This document shows positions 24,825-38,428 of a stretch of 64,000 nt of DNA, piece by piece. The notes beneath the pieces are model-generated. The model saw only the letters and a program-made list of their open reading frames with translations. It was not told the DNA's origin and ran no database searches. Positions within the stretch are counted from its first letter, which is position 1, and each line of letters starts with the position of its first letter. A program made the position numbers and the translations under genes. Source of the DNA: Octopus sinensis (Eukaryota). Where the stretch lies: positions 199,020,001 through 199,084,000 of the forward strand of contig NC_042998.1 of NCBI RefSeq assembly GCF_006345805.1. The letters are read 5' to 3'.

Positions 24825-25480
24825 ATACCTACAATTGTCACAACCTGCCACAAACAAAAACACCTACGCATACACTTACATTCAAAGTCTTCTTCCTCCT
24901 TCTCCTACTCCTCCTTCTCCTCCTCCTCCTTCTACATTCCCCGTTTTCATGAAGCGTAATCCAAGATATGTTGTGCACTTTCTCCATTGCTCATTCATTA
25001 AATTAATATATCTGGTTCGATCATAATGAAGTTTTGAAATGCATGTCGTTTGCAAAGCTCATCGAAAACAATAAACTCCCGTAGTTTGATATCTGTGATT
25101 AAAAAAAAAACTGTCCATTGATATAGTTGGTCTTCACAAAGTATGTCTATTTGGAATTAATATTCTTAATCGTGAAATGGTGTCAACTAGAAAGTACGTT
25201 TCCTTTTAATTTAGTCATTCATTAGTTATTCTTTATGAGAAATGAACTCCAACTGAAAATGCAAAACGATGATAATATCCATTGTTTTTCCCCGTCTATT
25301 AGTGTTTCGGTTATTGTCCAGACACTGCCATTATGAAACAGAAATATTTCTCACACCTACACCACACACACATGGACACAACTACATACACACCCAACAA
25401 GGCAATCACTCATATACATATAAGCAAACACACTATCGCTCATGCATCAACTTTTTTTTATACGGACTTATTTATATAGA

Positions 25481-25881
25481 ACTAGCAGTATCGCCCGGCG
25501 TTGCTCGGGTTTGTAAGGGAAATAACTATATAAGCATTTTTAGAGATGTAAAGTATAATAGCCATCTCAATATGGTTAATCACAAAGGTGGGGGGTGTTA
25601 CTGTAGCTTTTTACGTTCTGAGATTTAATAATACATTTTTAGAGAGTTACTTCCCTTATATAATAGCAAAAAAATGCATTAAAATGGAAAAAAATTATGG
25701 TAATCTTTTTTTAAATCGTAGACTCATCGTAGACGCGCTCTAATACCCAGAAGGGCTCGATATGAATCACGACTATAAGATACCCGCTTTTGGTTACACT
25801 GCACCGCAAAATGTGGGAGTAGTTAGGAATCTAAATCGTAGGAGACAGACAGCACACAACCTCACATTTATACATAAAGAT
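25481..25881 (+). mobile_element. Helitron/Helentron-type non-autonomous element (DINE-1/HINE-like)
   Basis: Starts ACTAGCAGTATCGCCCGGCGTTGCTCGGG; ends ggagtagttagg..acagacag..cacatttatacataaagat, the architecture of DINE-1/Lep1-like elements. Confidence 0.55.
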
Positions 25882-26161
25882 TTCATCTACATACTCGCCC
25901 ACACACCTATGTAAAACTAATACTCGCATGCAACCGCATATATACGCGCGCCTAAGCATAATACACATCTACATTGACACATATTTTCACAAACATGCAT
26001 CTTCGTGCACTTGCATTCTATCGCTATATTCCGTTTCACCAAAACAATGGAACTTTTTTTAAGTTCAGCAGTGGTACAAACACGAGACACCATTGTCACG
26101 AGATTCATATTGTTCCCTATATTTTTATAATTATTACTTCTTATTTTCATATCGAAACCCG

Positions 26162-26245
<84 letters not shown>

Positions 26246-26736
26246 TCTATCTATCTATCTCTACACCTCTTTCTTTCTCTCTCTTCGTCTCTCGCTCTCG
26301 TTCGCTCTTCATCGATTCCATTCAATATCAAACACGTTTTTGTTTCTTTTATATCAAACGCTTTTTATTATTTGTTTGTTTGTTTGTTTGTTTATAATAC
26401 TTTTTAATTAAATATGTCACTTCGTAATATGGAGTGGCAATCGATAATTAAGCGTGGCCATTCGTTCCACGCACACTTTTCGACGTCATGGCTTCCAATA
26501 TTAAGAACCACGTGCGGTGCTGCCATAATGAGGCTTGATTGTCAGCATTCGAGGTCAGGTCAAGATGGAGATATTGCAACGTTATTTGCATCTTGTATAC
26601 ATATTCAGAGAGGTACACACTTAGCCCGATGCATATAAATACACATACCCACTTAATTATATGCACGCCTATATACCGATACTAAAATTGTATATAGTTA
26701 CGATGAATGATGTATGCACACGTATATTTTACTGGG

Positions 26737-26894
<158 letters not shown>

Positions 26895-27086
26895 TATATA
26901 TATACACGCAAAACTTGTTTTTTCATATAAAATATACATACACACGTACACACACACACACTCTCTGTCTCACACACACACACACACACACACTCTCTCT
27001 CTCACACACACACACGTACAAACGCATATATGTGTGTATGTAAATATGCCTGTATAAGAGTATGAGTAATTATGCAAGTGTTATAC

Positions 27087-27133
<47 letters not shown>

Positions 27134-27279
27134 TGTGTGTGTGTGTGTTTCTTGTAGATTTTCGCTTTGTGCATGTGTCTGGGACTCGTGACGACTGTTT
27201 TTTCTTAATGAACTTTTGGCAACAGACAGTTCCTTTGACGTCATAGGCACCACGGGAACGAACTATATGTGCATAGATA

Positions 27280-27323
<44 letters not shown>

Positions 27324-27326
27324 TAC

Positions 27327-27357
<31 letters not shown>

Positions 27358-28299
27358 TGTGTATGTGTGTGTGCTTATAAAAAAGTATATGTATTTATTC
27401 ATATATATATATATATACGCTTATATATGCTATATATTCATGTATACATATATATACCTGTATATGTATGTTAGTGTGTGAATGTATGTATTTATTTATC
27501 ATATATATATAGACAGACATATATATATTTAGATATATATACATACATAAATACATACATACACTAACATTCGTACACATACACACACGTGCACGCACTC
27601 GTGTACATACTCTGTAAATACAACCAATCTTGTAGACATTATTAGTCCAAAACCAAATAAATAAATAAATAAATGAATAACACGTTTCACTAAACGACAC
27701 ACTGCAAGTATTTACTTACAGGCATGATTAGTCTTCTCTCTTCTTCTATCTTTTACTAGTGAGGTGGGCGTAAGCATAATGTAGAAAGTTGGAAAACTTC
27801 AATAATTCAAATACTTCGGTTCACTGTATTTCGTTAGTAGACATATTTGATTTTTTTTTCTTCATACAGCAGCAACCATCCCTTGGTATTTTAAGTTACT
27901 ATCCTTGAAGCCATCCTTCGAGTGGCATTCAGGCTAGCTCCTACGTAGGGCACCTTTGATCCTTAAGTATCCAGATTATTCTGGCAAAAATTATGCTTGT
28001 ATACTTATATTGTGCTGAATTAATCATCCATCATCTTGTGGTTTAAGAGATTTCAGTTATGTGATTGTTTAGTTTTAAAATGACATCGTGGGGTAGGTGT
28101 GAGAGGCCTGATCTGCCCAGTTTCAATATAAATCTGGGGTATTAATTTGGCCGGATATGGCCGGTTTGAATGCTAAAGGATTAAGGTCTTCGGCCCCACT
28201 ACCAAGCCGCTTCGCGGCCCTCTACTCTTGTGAAACGAAACTCATTTCTGCAAATGTGCTAAGCCCTGATGCGGCTCATAGTTTAATCAATAAGCGTAG

Positions 28300-28690
28300 G
28301 AGCAAGGTAAATGCAATAAAAATAGGGGGTTGAGTGGAGCCCTATTTAAGCGGCCCTTCAGAAATTGGACCTCTTTGCGATATTCCCTTGGTGTTCATAG
28401 AATGAAATTCATAGTCATTGCCCCGATTTGGTCGCCAATGCCATGTATTTAGTGTAAAATGCAGCAAAAATAAGGGTGTCAGTGGGGCTCCAATTAAGCG
28501 GCCCTTAAAAAAGTAGAGCCCCCTCTTAAGACATTTCCTGAGATTAGGGGAGTTTCTGATTTGAGTTTCGTTGTCTTTGCGCCAACAGTCTAGGAGGAGT
28601 TAACAAATAAAAACGTAACGGACAGAGAAACATCACTCACATTTATATGTTACTAGCAGCTAAGTCCGATTTCACCCGGTTTGTTTGGAT
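28300..28690 (+). mobile_element. Further HINE-like remnants with a ~150-bp internal duplication
   Basis: aacagtctaggaggagtt..acggacag..cacatttatat 3'-type end followed by an actagcag..cccgg 5'-type start; aaatgca..aagcggccctt unit occurs twice. Confidence 0.35.
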
Positions 28691-29675
28691 GATGTGGCTG
28701 TGATCGTTTTCGATTAGGCATAATCTATAACAGTGTTTCTCAATCTTATCATTTCGGGTCCTCTGCTTCGATTTGAGCCTCAGGCGTATGAAAATTTCCG
28801 GACTCCCCTCCCTCCTTGTCAGAAAACAGTTTCAAGGATTGTGAAGAACGAATTTCTACGTAGTCTGTTTCTGAGAGCCATTCTATTGGACGTCTGTCTA
28901 ATCATTAAAACATTGATTTAATTATGAACATAGAAAGAAATTATTCATTAATCCCTATTTTGTAAGCAGTTGTATCCCTATTTTGTAAACAGTTGTATCA
29001 GAAACTGAAAGATGTATGAAATGGATGTGTGTGTGTGTACGTGTGTGTATGTGCTTACGATAGTTGATTTATGGAAAAGAATATGTTAAATTTTTGAAAT
29101 GCAAATATGTGAATGAAAATTAAGCTCAGACCTCTACATCGTTGCTATACCTGGTAGAAACAGCAGCCAAATCTCCCTCAAAACAACCTACTGTCTTAAT
29201 CCGACAATTCTGCCTATTATGTAGTATAAATGAAAAACTGTAACTAAAGATTAAGATTATTAACCCCACAAAGAAGTGAAAGAAGCGAGACAGTATAGCG
29301 AAAGTTTTGGCTGACTGTCATCCTGTACTCCCCTTGTTGCTAGCGAAATGGTATATGCCCGCTGTGTGAGCAACTGGTTGTTTTAATGGCGTAACAAACA
29401 GGGAAATTCCATTCGAAAAGTTTTAATCGATTTCCTCGGTCACTATGGGATCTAGGAAAAACATACAAACCACATTCCAATCTATGCACCCATCTCCACA
29501 CGTGTGCCATTTTACATATGAATCCACCCAGCCGTTTGGCTGTGAACTTCAAGACAAGAAAGAATACAACGATCGTCCATGTCCAATTTATATTATAGAT
29601 AAAACCCATTCGATGTTCAGACACTGGAATCCGATATACTTCTCCAGTCTCTCTAAAATCTGTAGTAACGTTTAG

Positions 29676-29725
29676 ACTATATTTCGCTGATGAGGTCTCC
29701 TAAGACCGAACCATGCTGATATAGT
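29676..29725 (+). ncRNA. Degenerate hammerhead-like motif
   Basis: ACTATAT..CTGATGA GGTCT ccta AGACC GAAC..ATATAGT; GAAA reduced and no clear NUH triplet. Confidence 0.35.
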
Positions 29726-30982
29726 GCTAAATATCTGTATTGTATTTTTAATAATTACTAATTAAGTTTATTAGTTTTCTCTTGCTTTCTTTTTACCCGA
29801 ATAAATTATTTAATAGTTTTTGTTTCGTTTGTTTCGTCTTGTTTTTTTGGTCGGGGGTAGGGGGTGGAGGATTTTTGATTCACTAAACATGCAATTTCTA
29901 TTGCTTACATACATATACACGCGTGAGTATATGCATGTATGTGTATTCGTTATTAGCGACAGATGCAGTACTAGTTCAAAATAATCTGTATATCGTTGAA
30001 AGTCTTATAAACTATGATATTTACACCGAGAAAACATCTCTTATAGGTGTATAGTGTTAAAAAAAAAACACAGTTTTATGTCTACATTTTAAAATCCCAG
30101 TCAATTTACATTTTACAATAAATTTGACCCTCTTTCAGTACTAAGTCACTCCATCAGAATTTCCTAACCAGTTGATCTTCGATCAACATACATGAAATAA
30201 TTCACAGGCAAGCTTTATTACTAACATACGTCATATTTGTTTATGAAGAGGATATGAAAGAAGAAATGCTATTTCAAACACGTTTATCAGAAAGAAGTTG
30301 TAAAAAAGAGATTTTCAATTAGGTAAAAAAAAAAATTTCAGTTAAGAAATATTAGACTGATTAATTTCATTCAAATCAGTTCTGACTGTACTGTATCCAT
30401 GACTTCCAGAAACAAAAGACTTGTATCCAGAAAGAAATTAATTGCCACTCACGTATCCCATGTTCGCTGTATAAGTCATATGCAATGTATCGAAGGGAAA
30501 ACTACAGCAGGAGCCTTGATCCAGCCATATTATTCTATAAATTTTGTGAAATAAAATTCATTTAATGATACTTCCATTAATACTAGCAGAGCACCATTTT
30601 CAAAACAGTTCTGTTCTACAGCACAAACCAATTACACTGGCTCAATAAGATTTTTGTTACATACATGAGAAAGCGTGCCTATTTTGGTTATTATTTCAGA
30701 CAAAAAGGCTTCGAAGTATTCACGTTTTTGAAAACATCATCAAATTTGGCTGATTAGAATAGACGATATATTACTTACCGATAACTTACTTAGTGATAAA
30801 TTTCTACTCGTAATTCTTTTCCTAGATCTCTTATAGAGTTCCACAAAATAATCCAAACGAACATGTCACCATTAGAAATGAGCTTTAACGACGAATCATC
30901 ATTGTAATATTTTATAGCTAGGTTTTTGATGAAGGGCCACTAATAATTTTCCAAAAATTTTTTTACTCTACTTTATATATGT

Positions 30983-31166
30983 AATATTTATTATAATTAT
31001 GAGTATAATTATAATTAGGGTTAGGCAAAAAATTTGCTTCACCACACACCGAACTTTAGAAATAGCAGTCTAGAAATAGAAATAGCAGTCTAAAGTTCGG
31101 TGTGTGGTGAAGAAAAATTTTTGTCTAACCCTAATTAAAATTATACTCATAATTATAATAAATATT
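30983..31166. mobile_element. Palindromic MITE / fold-back element (78-bp arms, 28-bp loop)
   Basis: Arms 30983-31060 and 31089-31166 are near-perfect reverse complements; centre has a duplicated tagaaatagcagtc. Confidence 0.7.
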
Positions 31167-31310
31167 GTTTAAGTTTACCAATAATGGTCTTTTTCACATA
31201 CCGAATACTACTTGGTGAAACTATCAATTATTAATTAATTAATTTATTAATTATACCCTTTATTATTATTATCATTATACATATATATTATTATTATTAT
31301 TATTATTATT

Positions 31311-31863
31311 GAGTGAGAGAGCAGTTCATGCCATCAAAGTGACACTGGGGTAAAATATACGAAGCCCAATATACCCATCATGACTACCCGTCTGATAAGG
31401 GTACACCAGGCACATGCATCACAACCATATGTGCGCGACATGGTGATCTCATATCAAGATAAACTGCACATGACCTTGCAGGTGGGGCCCAGTTAGAATT
31501 TTCTTCTTGTCGAGTTGCCCATCCCGCTCAAAAGGTCTCTGAATAAGGATTGTTTAAGGATGTTGAACGAACAACCCATGTTTCCAAAGGTGAATTAAAT
31601 AAACCGCTAAGAATCCCTTTCAACACACGGTTATGATGCTCCCCACTACTTCTGCTCATGATCAGAGATGCACATATCGTCAGCCACTAAGGGACATGGT
31701 CAACTGGTTAAGGTCAACCAACTGACAAGCAAATCTGTGGTATTGAGCAGAATATTTGCTGTAGCCCATCTTTTATACCAAGACAAAACAATGTACATGA
31801 TAACACTTCCAATCAGTTAAGATCAGAAGCCATGAGAACCACTGCCTGGTACTGCATCAGGGC

Positions 31864-31866
<3 letters not shown>
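31311..31866. mobile_element. Unclassified ~556-bp element embedded in (TTA)n
   Basis: Complex non-coding sequence with sharp (TTA)n boundaries on both sides. Confidence 0.5.
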
Positions 31867-31913
<47 letters not shown>

Positions 31914-32532
31914 GTGCCACACCAAAAATAGGTAAAAGTACAATATAGATTCTACTTGTTGCACGAGATTGCAAGGTAAGTCACATACATAAGACACAAT
32001 TTAGTTTCATAATTCTTATTGGGCTATGAAGCTATCAGAGCTTGATGTTGCAAATTTCAGAGAATTTTCCTAACTTGATGTTACGGAAGCCAAAAGTTTT
32101 CAAATGACCATTATTCACGCTGTATTAGAAGAAAGTAAACCTAATGTTTATGATTCCATGAAACAAAACAAAACTACAAAAATGCTTACGTTCTTGAAAA
32201 ATCACTAAACCATTACCATAGACCGCTAGTGAACCAAGTTCACCAAGTTGTGTAACATTGTATTCAAACATGTTAAAATGGATTACATAAATTTTTACAT
32301 AAATTTCGTAAGAGGACGGGTTTTTCTTAAGACCCAGAAGTCCATGCAGATCCCACGCAATCAGATATTACCGGTAACATCTGAGCTCACCATACGGCCA
32401 TACAAGCAACGAGTCAGCATCTACGCTAATAATTTAGCCGTGATCGTCTTCATACTGAGTACCAGCCTCTGAGTAGGTGTGTCGCTTACTACCCTTGACT
32501 GTCTTTTCGTTTGATTCCTTCTCTTAAATACC

Positions 32533-33133
32533 TATTTCTTTACCACCCACAAGGGGCTAAACACAGAGGGGACAAACAAGGACAGACAAACGGATTAAGT
32601 CGATTATATCGACCCCAGTACGTAACTGGTACTTATTTAATAGACCCCGAAAGGATGAAAGGCAAAGTCGACCTCGCCGGAATTTGAACTCAGAACATAG
32701 CGGCTGACGAAATACCTATTTCTTTACTACCCACAAGGAGCTAAACACAGAGGGGACTAACAAGGACAGACAAACGGATTAAGTCGATTATATCGACCCC
32801 AGTGCGTAACTGGTACTTATTTAATCGACCCCGAAAGGATGAAAGGCTAAGTCGACCTCGCCGGAATTTGAACTCAGAACGTAGCGGCTGACGAAATACC
32901 TATTTCTTTACTACCCACAAGGGGCTGAACACAGAGAGGACAAACAAGGACAGACAAACGGATTAAGTCGATTATATCGACCCCAGTGCATAACTGGTAC
33001 TCAATTTATCGACCCCCGAAAGGATGAAAGACAAAGTCAACCTCGGTGGAATTTGACCTCAGAACGTAACGGCAGACGAAATACCGCTGAGCATTTCGCC
33101 CGGCGTGCTAACGTTTCTGCCATCTCGCCCGCC
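32533..33133 (-). mobile_element. SINE family 1 concatemer: head plus three body units, 18-bp TSD
   Basis: Unit ends at 32533, 32717, 32901; TSD ttcctt[c/g]tcttaaatacc at 32515-32532 and 33134-33151. Confidence 0.9.
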
Positions 33134-33277
33134 TTCCTTGTCTTAAATACCAAGTCACGCGCTTTTATATATCCTGCTTCAGTCGAGAGAGCATACACCG
33201 TACCATACTTTGGTCAGGGCTCCTTCCAACTTTCCTTTCGAGAGCATACGGAATTTCTCCAAAACTTACCCCTTGTA

Positions 33278-33806
33278 TTCTGTTGTGTCTGGAGAGAGTC
33301 ATTTTCTATTTGTGCCTTATTATTTAACACACTCACCGGTAAAATTTCCACTTTCTTTTCTTATTTTTATTGTCCTAAAATTTTCGTTGCGTCTTGCAAC
33401 CTTTTCAATAGTTTTGTATACACAGAAATCAACCAATACCAAAAACGAAAGAGAGTCCTGCTGCATGAACTAAAAAACACCACTACTCCACACGAAAGAT
33501 ACATATTCATGACAAACATCCAACAAGAATACCGCCGAGTTAACCATGCCTGTAACAAACACTTCAACAATAAACTCAAGTAGATGAAACAGCAACAACA
33601 ACAATCCCAGCATGGTAGTTATCAATACAGATACCCAAACAATATCGACGGGATTATCATGAGAGAGTCAAAACTACTGAAAAGGTTGCAAGACGCAACG
33701 AAAATTTTAGGACAATAAAAATAAGAAAAAAAGTGGAAATTTTACCGGTGAGTGTGTTACATAATAAGGCACAAAAAGAAAATGACTCTTCCCAGACACA
33801 ATAGAA
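33278..33806. repeat. ~139-bp inverted repeat (33278-33416 / 33669-33806) around a 252-bp spacer
   Basis: For example cactcaccggtaaaatttccac versus gtggaaattttaccggtgagtg. Confidence 0.85.
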
Positions 33807-34226
33807 CATGCTTCAACACACGAACTCATATAAAGAATCTCGCAAACCAAATCCAAAAACGAAATATTACCCCTTGTACTTTCCTAGGTAAATTCATTGG
33901 GTAAGGAAGTACTGTCTTTCTCACCATTTCTCGCTCGTTGCTCCTTTTTTTAACTTTTCTAGGGCTATTTCAAGTCGAGTCCTTCCTTTTGACCCCGAAT
34001 GCTTATACTGGTGGTGATGCTCTCGTTATTATTCATATTTCTAATACATTTTTTTCTTCTATTTTCAAAATAAATTTTTTTTGTTTTCATTTGTACAAAT
34101 GCAAGTATCTAAACTTTTTGCATAATGCTTACATTTTCTATTTATATCGATTTCTATGTTTGAAAAGGATCTGGGACATGTTTGTTTCCGTTACAGAGAA
34201 TATGTCCGCATTGGCAATGTTGCAAG

Positions 34227-35260
34227 TTGACTATGGTAGAAAGATAGAAAGTTTTTTTTTAATGTTTCAACGAGCGTTTTTTTTTTTTTTTCTGATTGTA
34301 ATACTAAAGCAGCATGGGAGGTGGGACAGTGAAAACATTCTGAGCTGTTTTGTAGGAAACTCAAAGATTATTTTTTCATTGGAGCTCTGAGAGTTAATAT
34401 TTTTTTCAAATATTTATTATTATTATTATTGACTATGGTAGAAATATAGAAAGTTTTTTAAAAATGTTTCGACGAGCGGTTTTTTTTAAATATTTTTTCT
34501 AATTTTAATACTAAAGCACCATGTGTGTAGGGGGCGGACATTGAAACATTCTCTGCTGTTTTGTAGGAAATTCAAAGATTATTTTTTCATTGGAACTCTG
34601 AGAGTTAATATTTTTTTCAAATATTTATTATTATTATTATTGACTATGGTAGAAATATAGAAAGTTTTTTAAAAATGTTTCGACGAGCGGTTTTTTTAAA
34701 ATATTTTTTCTAATTTTAATACTAAAGCACCATGTGTGTAGGGGGCGGACATTGAAACATTCTCTGCTGTTTTGTAGGAAATTCAAAGATTATTTTTTCA
34801 TTGGAACTCTGAGAGTTAATATTTTTTTCAAATATTTATTATTATTATTATTGACTATGGTAGAAATATAGAAAGTTTTTTTTAAATGTTTCGACGAGCG
34901 GTTTTTTTTAAATATTTTTTCTAATTTTAATACTAAAGCACCATGTGTGTAGGGGGCGGACATTGAAACATTCTCTGCTGTTTTGTAGGAAATTCAAAGA
35001 TTATTTTTTCATTGGAACTCTGAGAGTTAATATTTTTTTCAAATATTTATTATTATTATTATTGACTATGGTAGAAATATAGAAAGTTTTTTAAAAAATG
35101 TTTCGACGAGCGGTTTTTTTTTCTGATTTTAATACTAAAGCAGCATGTGTGTAGGGGGCGGACATTGAAACATTCTCTGCCGTTTTGTCGGAAATTCAAA
35201 GATTATTTTTTCACTGGAGCTCTGAGAGTTAATATTTTTTATATTTATTATTATTATTAT
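34227..35260. repeat. Five-unit ~211-bp tandem repeat
   Basis: ttgactatggtagaa starts at 34227, 34429, 34640, 34851, 35062. Confidence 0.95.
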
Positions 35261-35299
35261 GGTTTCTTGTTCAGACACAACACCTATAACTTCAAGGGA

Positions 35300-36380
35300 A
35301 GGGGATTTGGTCAATTCCAGTGTTTGACTGGTGCTTTATCTTATCGACCCCCGAAGGGATGATAAGCAAAACCGACCTAAACGGAATTTGAAATCTGAAT
35401 GTAAAGAGCGGGAACAAATGAGACAAAACATTTTTCCGGCGCTTCAACAATTCTGCCATCTCACCGCCTTCGCCTTCGTAATAATAATAATCCTTTCTAC
35501 TATAGGCACAAGGCCTGAAGTTTCGGGGAAGGGGGCTTGTCGATTGCAGTACTGAATTGGTACTTATTTTATCGACCCCAGTACTCAACTAGTACTTATT
35601 TTATCGACTCCGAAAGGATGAAAGTCAAAGCCGACCCCGGCGGAATTTGAATTCAGAACGTAAAGATGAACGGAAAGCTGCTAAGAGTTTTTTTTTTTGG
35701 TGGGGGGGGGGGTTCCCGCGCACTAAACGATGCAACCAGCTCGCTGATCGCCCCTGGTGCTCGACTGATACCTTATTTTATTGACACCGAGAGGATAAAA
35801 GGCAAAGTCAACATAGGCAGAATTTGAACTAGGAACGTAGAATCGGAAGAAATGTCACTAATCATTTCATCCGACGCCGTAACGATTTTGCAGTTCGCCT
35901 CCTTATAAAGATGAGAGGAAAAAGATGACCGCGGCGGGAATCAGAATATAAAGAAACTCTGCAATGCGTTTTATCCGATGTTCTGCCGATTTTCTCTATT
36001 CACGAACCCAATAAGATTTTTGGAGGAGGAGACTTATCGATTACGTCGACCACAGTGCTCTACCCTGAAGGAATGAAAGGCAAAATTGACCTTGGCGGAA
36101 TTTGAACTCAGAAACGAGATAGGGACGAAATGCCACTTAGCATTTTTCCAAAGTGCTAACGATTCTGCCGGCTCGCTGCCTTAAAATAATTCTTTCTGCT
36201 GTAGGCACAAGGCTTGGAATTTTAAGTGTAGTGGGGGGGGGCTAGTCGATTACGTCGAATCCTGTACACAATTGGTACTTATTTTATCGATCACGGTGAC
36301 ATTTGAACTCAGAACGTAAAGCCGGAAGAAATGTCGCGAAGCATATTGTCCGGATTCTAAACATTCTGTTAGCTCACCGC
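35300..36380 (-). mobile_element. Cluster of about five old SINE family 1-related copies, same orientation
   Basis: Repeated atcgacccc..aaggatgaaaggcaaagtc..ggcggaatttgaactcagaacg motifs. Confidence 0.65.
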
Positions 36381-36382
36381 CC

Positions 36383-36737
<355 letters not shown>

Positions 36738-37569
36738 TCATCTATTGATTTCCAAGTACTGACTTGAAGACGAAGCCGAGAGACGAAAAGAAAATGGAAA
36801 ACCAAAATAAACAATAGTACGGAAAAAAATAGCACTAAAACATCAGCATCTGCAAAAAAAAAAAAAAGAAAGGAAAAAAAGAATGACAATAGCTACAAAA
36901 CCAACAAAAAAACAACCGTGACAACAACGGCAACGCCATCGAGAACCTGGCGATGGCGGGAAAGTAAGAAAGTAAGAATGAATAAGAAATGAGAAAAGGT
37001 AAGAAAAAAACAATGGCGATGCAAGCACGGCGACCGTATTATAGCGAGTTTGTTCTTCAGGCAATGAATATTTGAGAAGATATTTATATTCGTCCTTGAC
37101 ACACACAATATTGATTTGTCCGGTTAACAATTACAGTTTAACACCACAGGTGTATTCTGTATTATGCAGGCTTCGTTTGCCGCTCTTTCTCTCTCTCGAC
37201 ATACGCACGCACAAAAAAAAAAGCACGTGTGTGTTGTTATACATATAAATATGTGTGAGTATCAATGCGTGTATGGATGTGTGTGTGGTTTTGTATGTTC
37301 GTGTATAACCTCTTTTTTTTGTTTTTCTTTTTTTTTTTTTTTTTTTTTTTTGTTTACTTCTGGCATGGACAGTGGGCCATAACTCGGCACCATCCATGAA
37401 GTGTTTAGTCAGCCAAATGGATTTCTGTACTTATGTTTTTGAGTTTTGCGCATATTCCGTTGGCTTCTTTCTGTCGAAGCGCTAAGTTGTGAGGGGGGGG
37501 GGAGAAATTCAACACTGATTGTGAAGAAACGAGAGACAAACACTAATGCGCTTATACACGTGCACAAAC

Positions 37570-37613
<44 letters not shown>

Positions 37614-37633
37614 ACACACACACATATATATAT

Positions 37634-37670
<37 letters not shown>

Positions 37671-37710
37671 GTATATATATATATATGTATATATATATAT
37701 GTATATGTAT

Positions 37711-37782
<72 letters not shown>

Positions 37783-37810
37783 GTATATGCGTGTATATAT
37801 ATATATATAT

Positions 37811-37811
<1 letters not shown>

Positions 37812-37901
<90 letters not shown>
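37812..37901. repeat. (GATA)n microsatellite, no LINE inserted
   Basis: Directly visible. Confidence 0.95.
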
Positions 37902-38365
37902 TATTACGATGGACTTCAACAACATATTCCGTCCACAGAAATCATTTACAAAGCATTGTTCGGTCCAAGGCTAGAAAGAACGCAATTGATCGGGATGTTA
38001 TGGGACTGACACGAATCCACGTGACTGCGAATCGAACCTTTTATTCACGCTGCCAAACCTGTCCTTGTGTGCATACGTGTGTGACTGTTTGTATGTATGT
38101 GTGCATATATACATATATATATATATATATATAGCTGAAGTTGTCTGTGTATGGCAGGTTTGGTAGCCTTCAACTAACACTATCTCCTCCGAGACCCTGC
38201 GGTACAAGTTGACCAAAATTGAGAATATGATAGAAGAAGGCTTGTTCTTCCTTCCGTAGAAGAAAAAATTCAAATCAAACCATGTTAACACCAAAAATTA
38301 TTTACATCGAAAAGGTGCTTTTTTTCTATGAAAGCCCCTATTTTTTACGATTTTTTTTACTGCCT

Positions 38366-38428
<63 letters not shown>

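Noticed and set aside
30120-30660. Minus-strand FPFDT and ENG peptides reminiscent of Cys-loop / chemotactile receptors
   Set aside because: The motifs are in the wrong order, in different frames and interrupted by stops.
31015-31025. TTAGGGTTAGG as interstitial telomere
   Set aside because: Fewer than two full units, and part of the palindrome arm.
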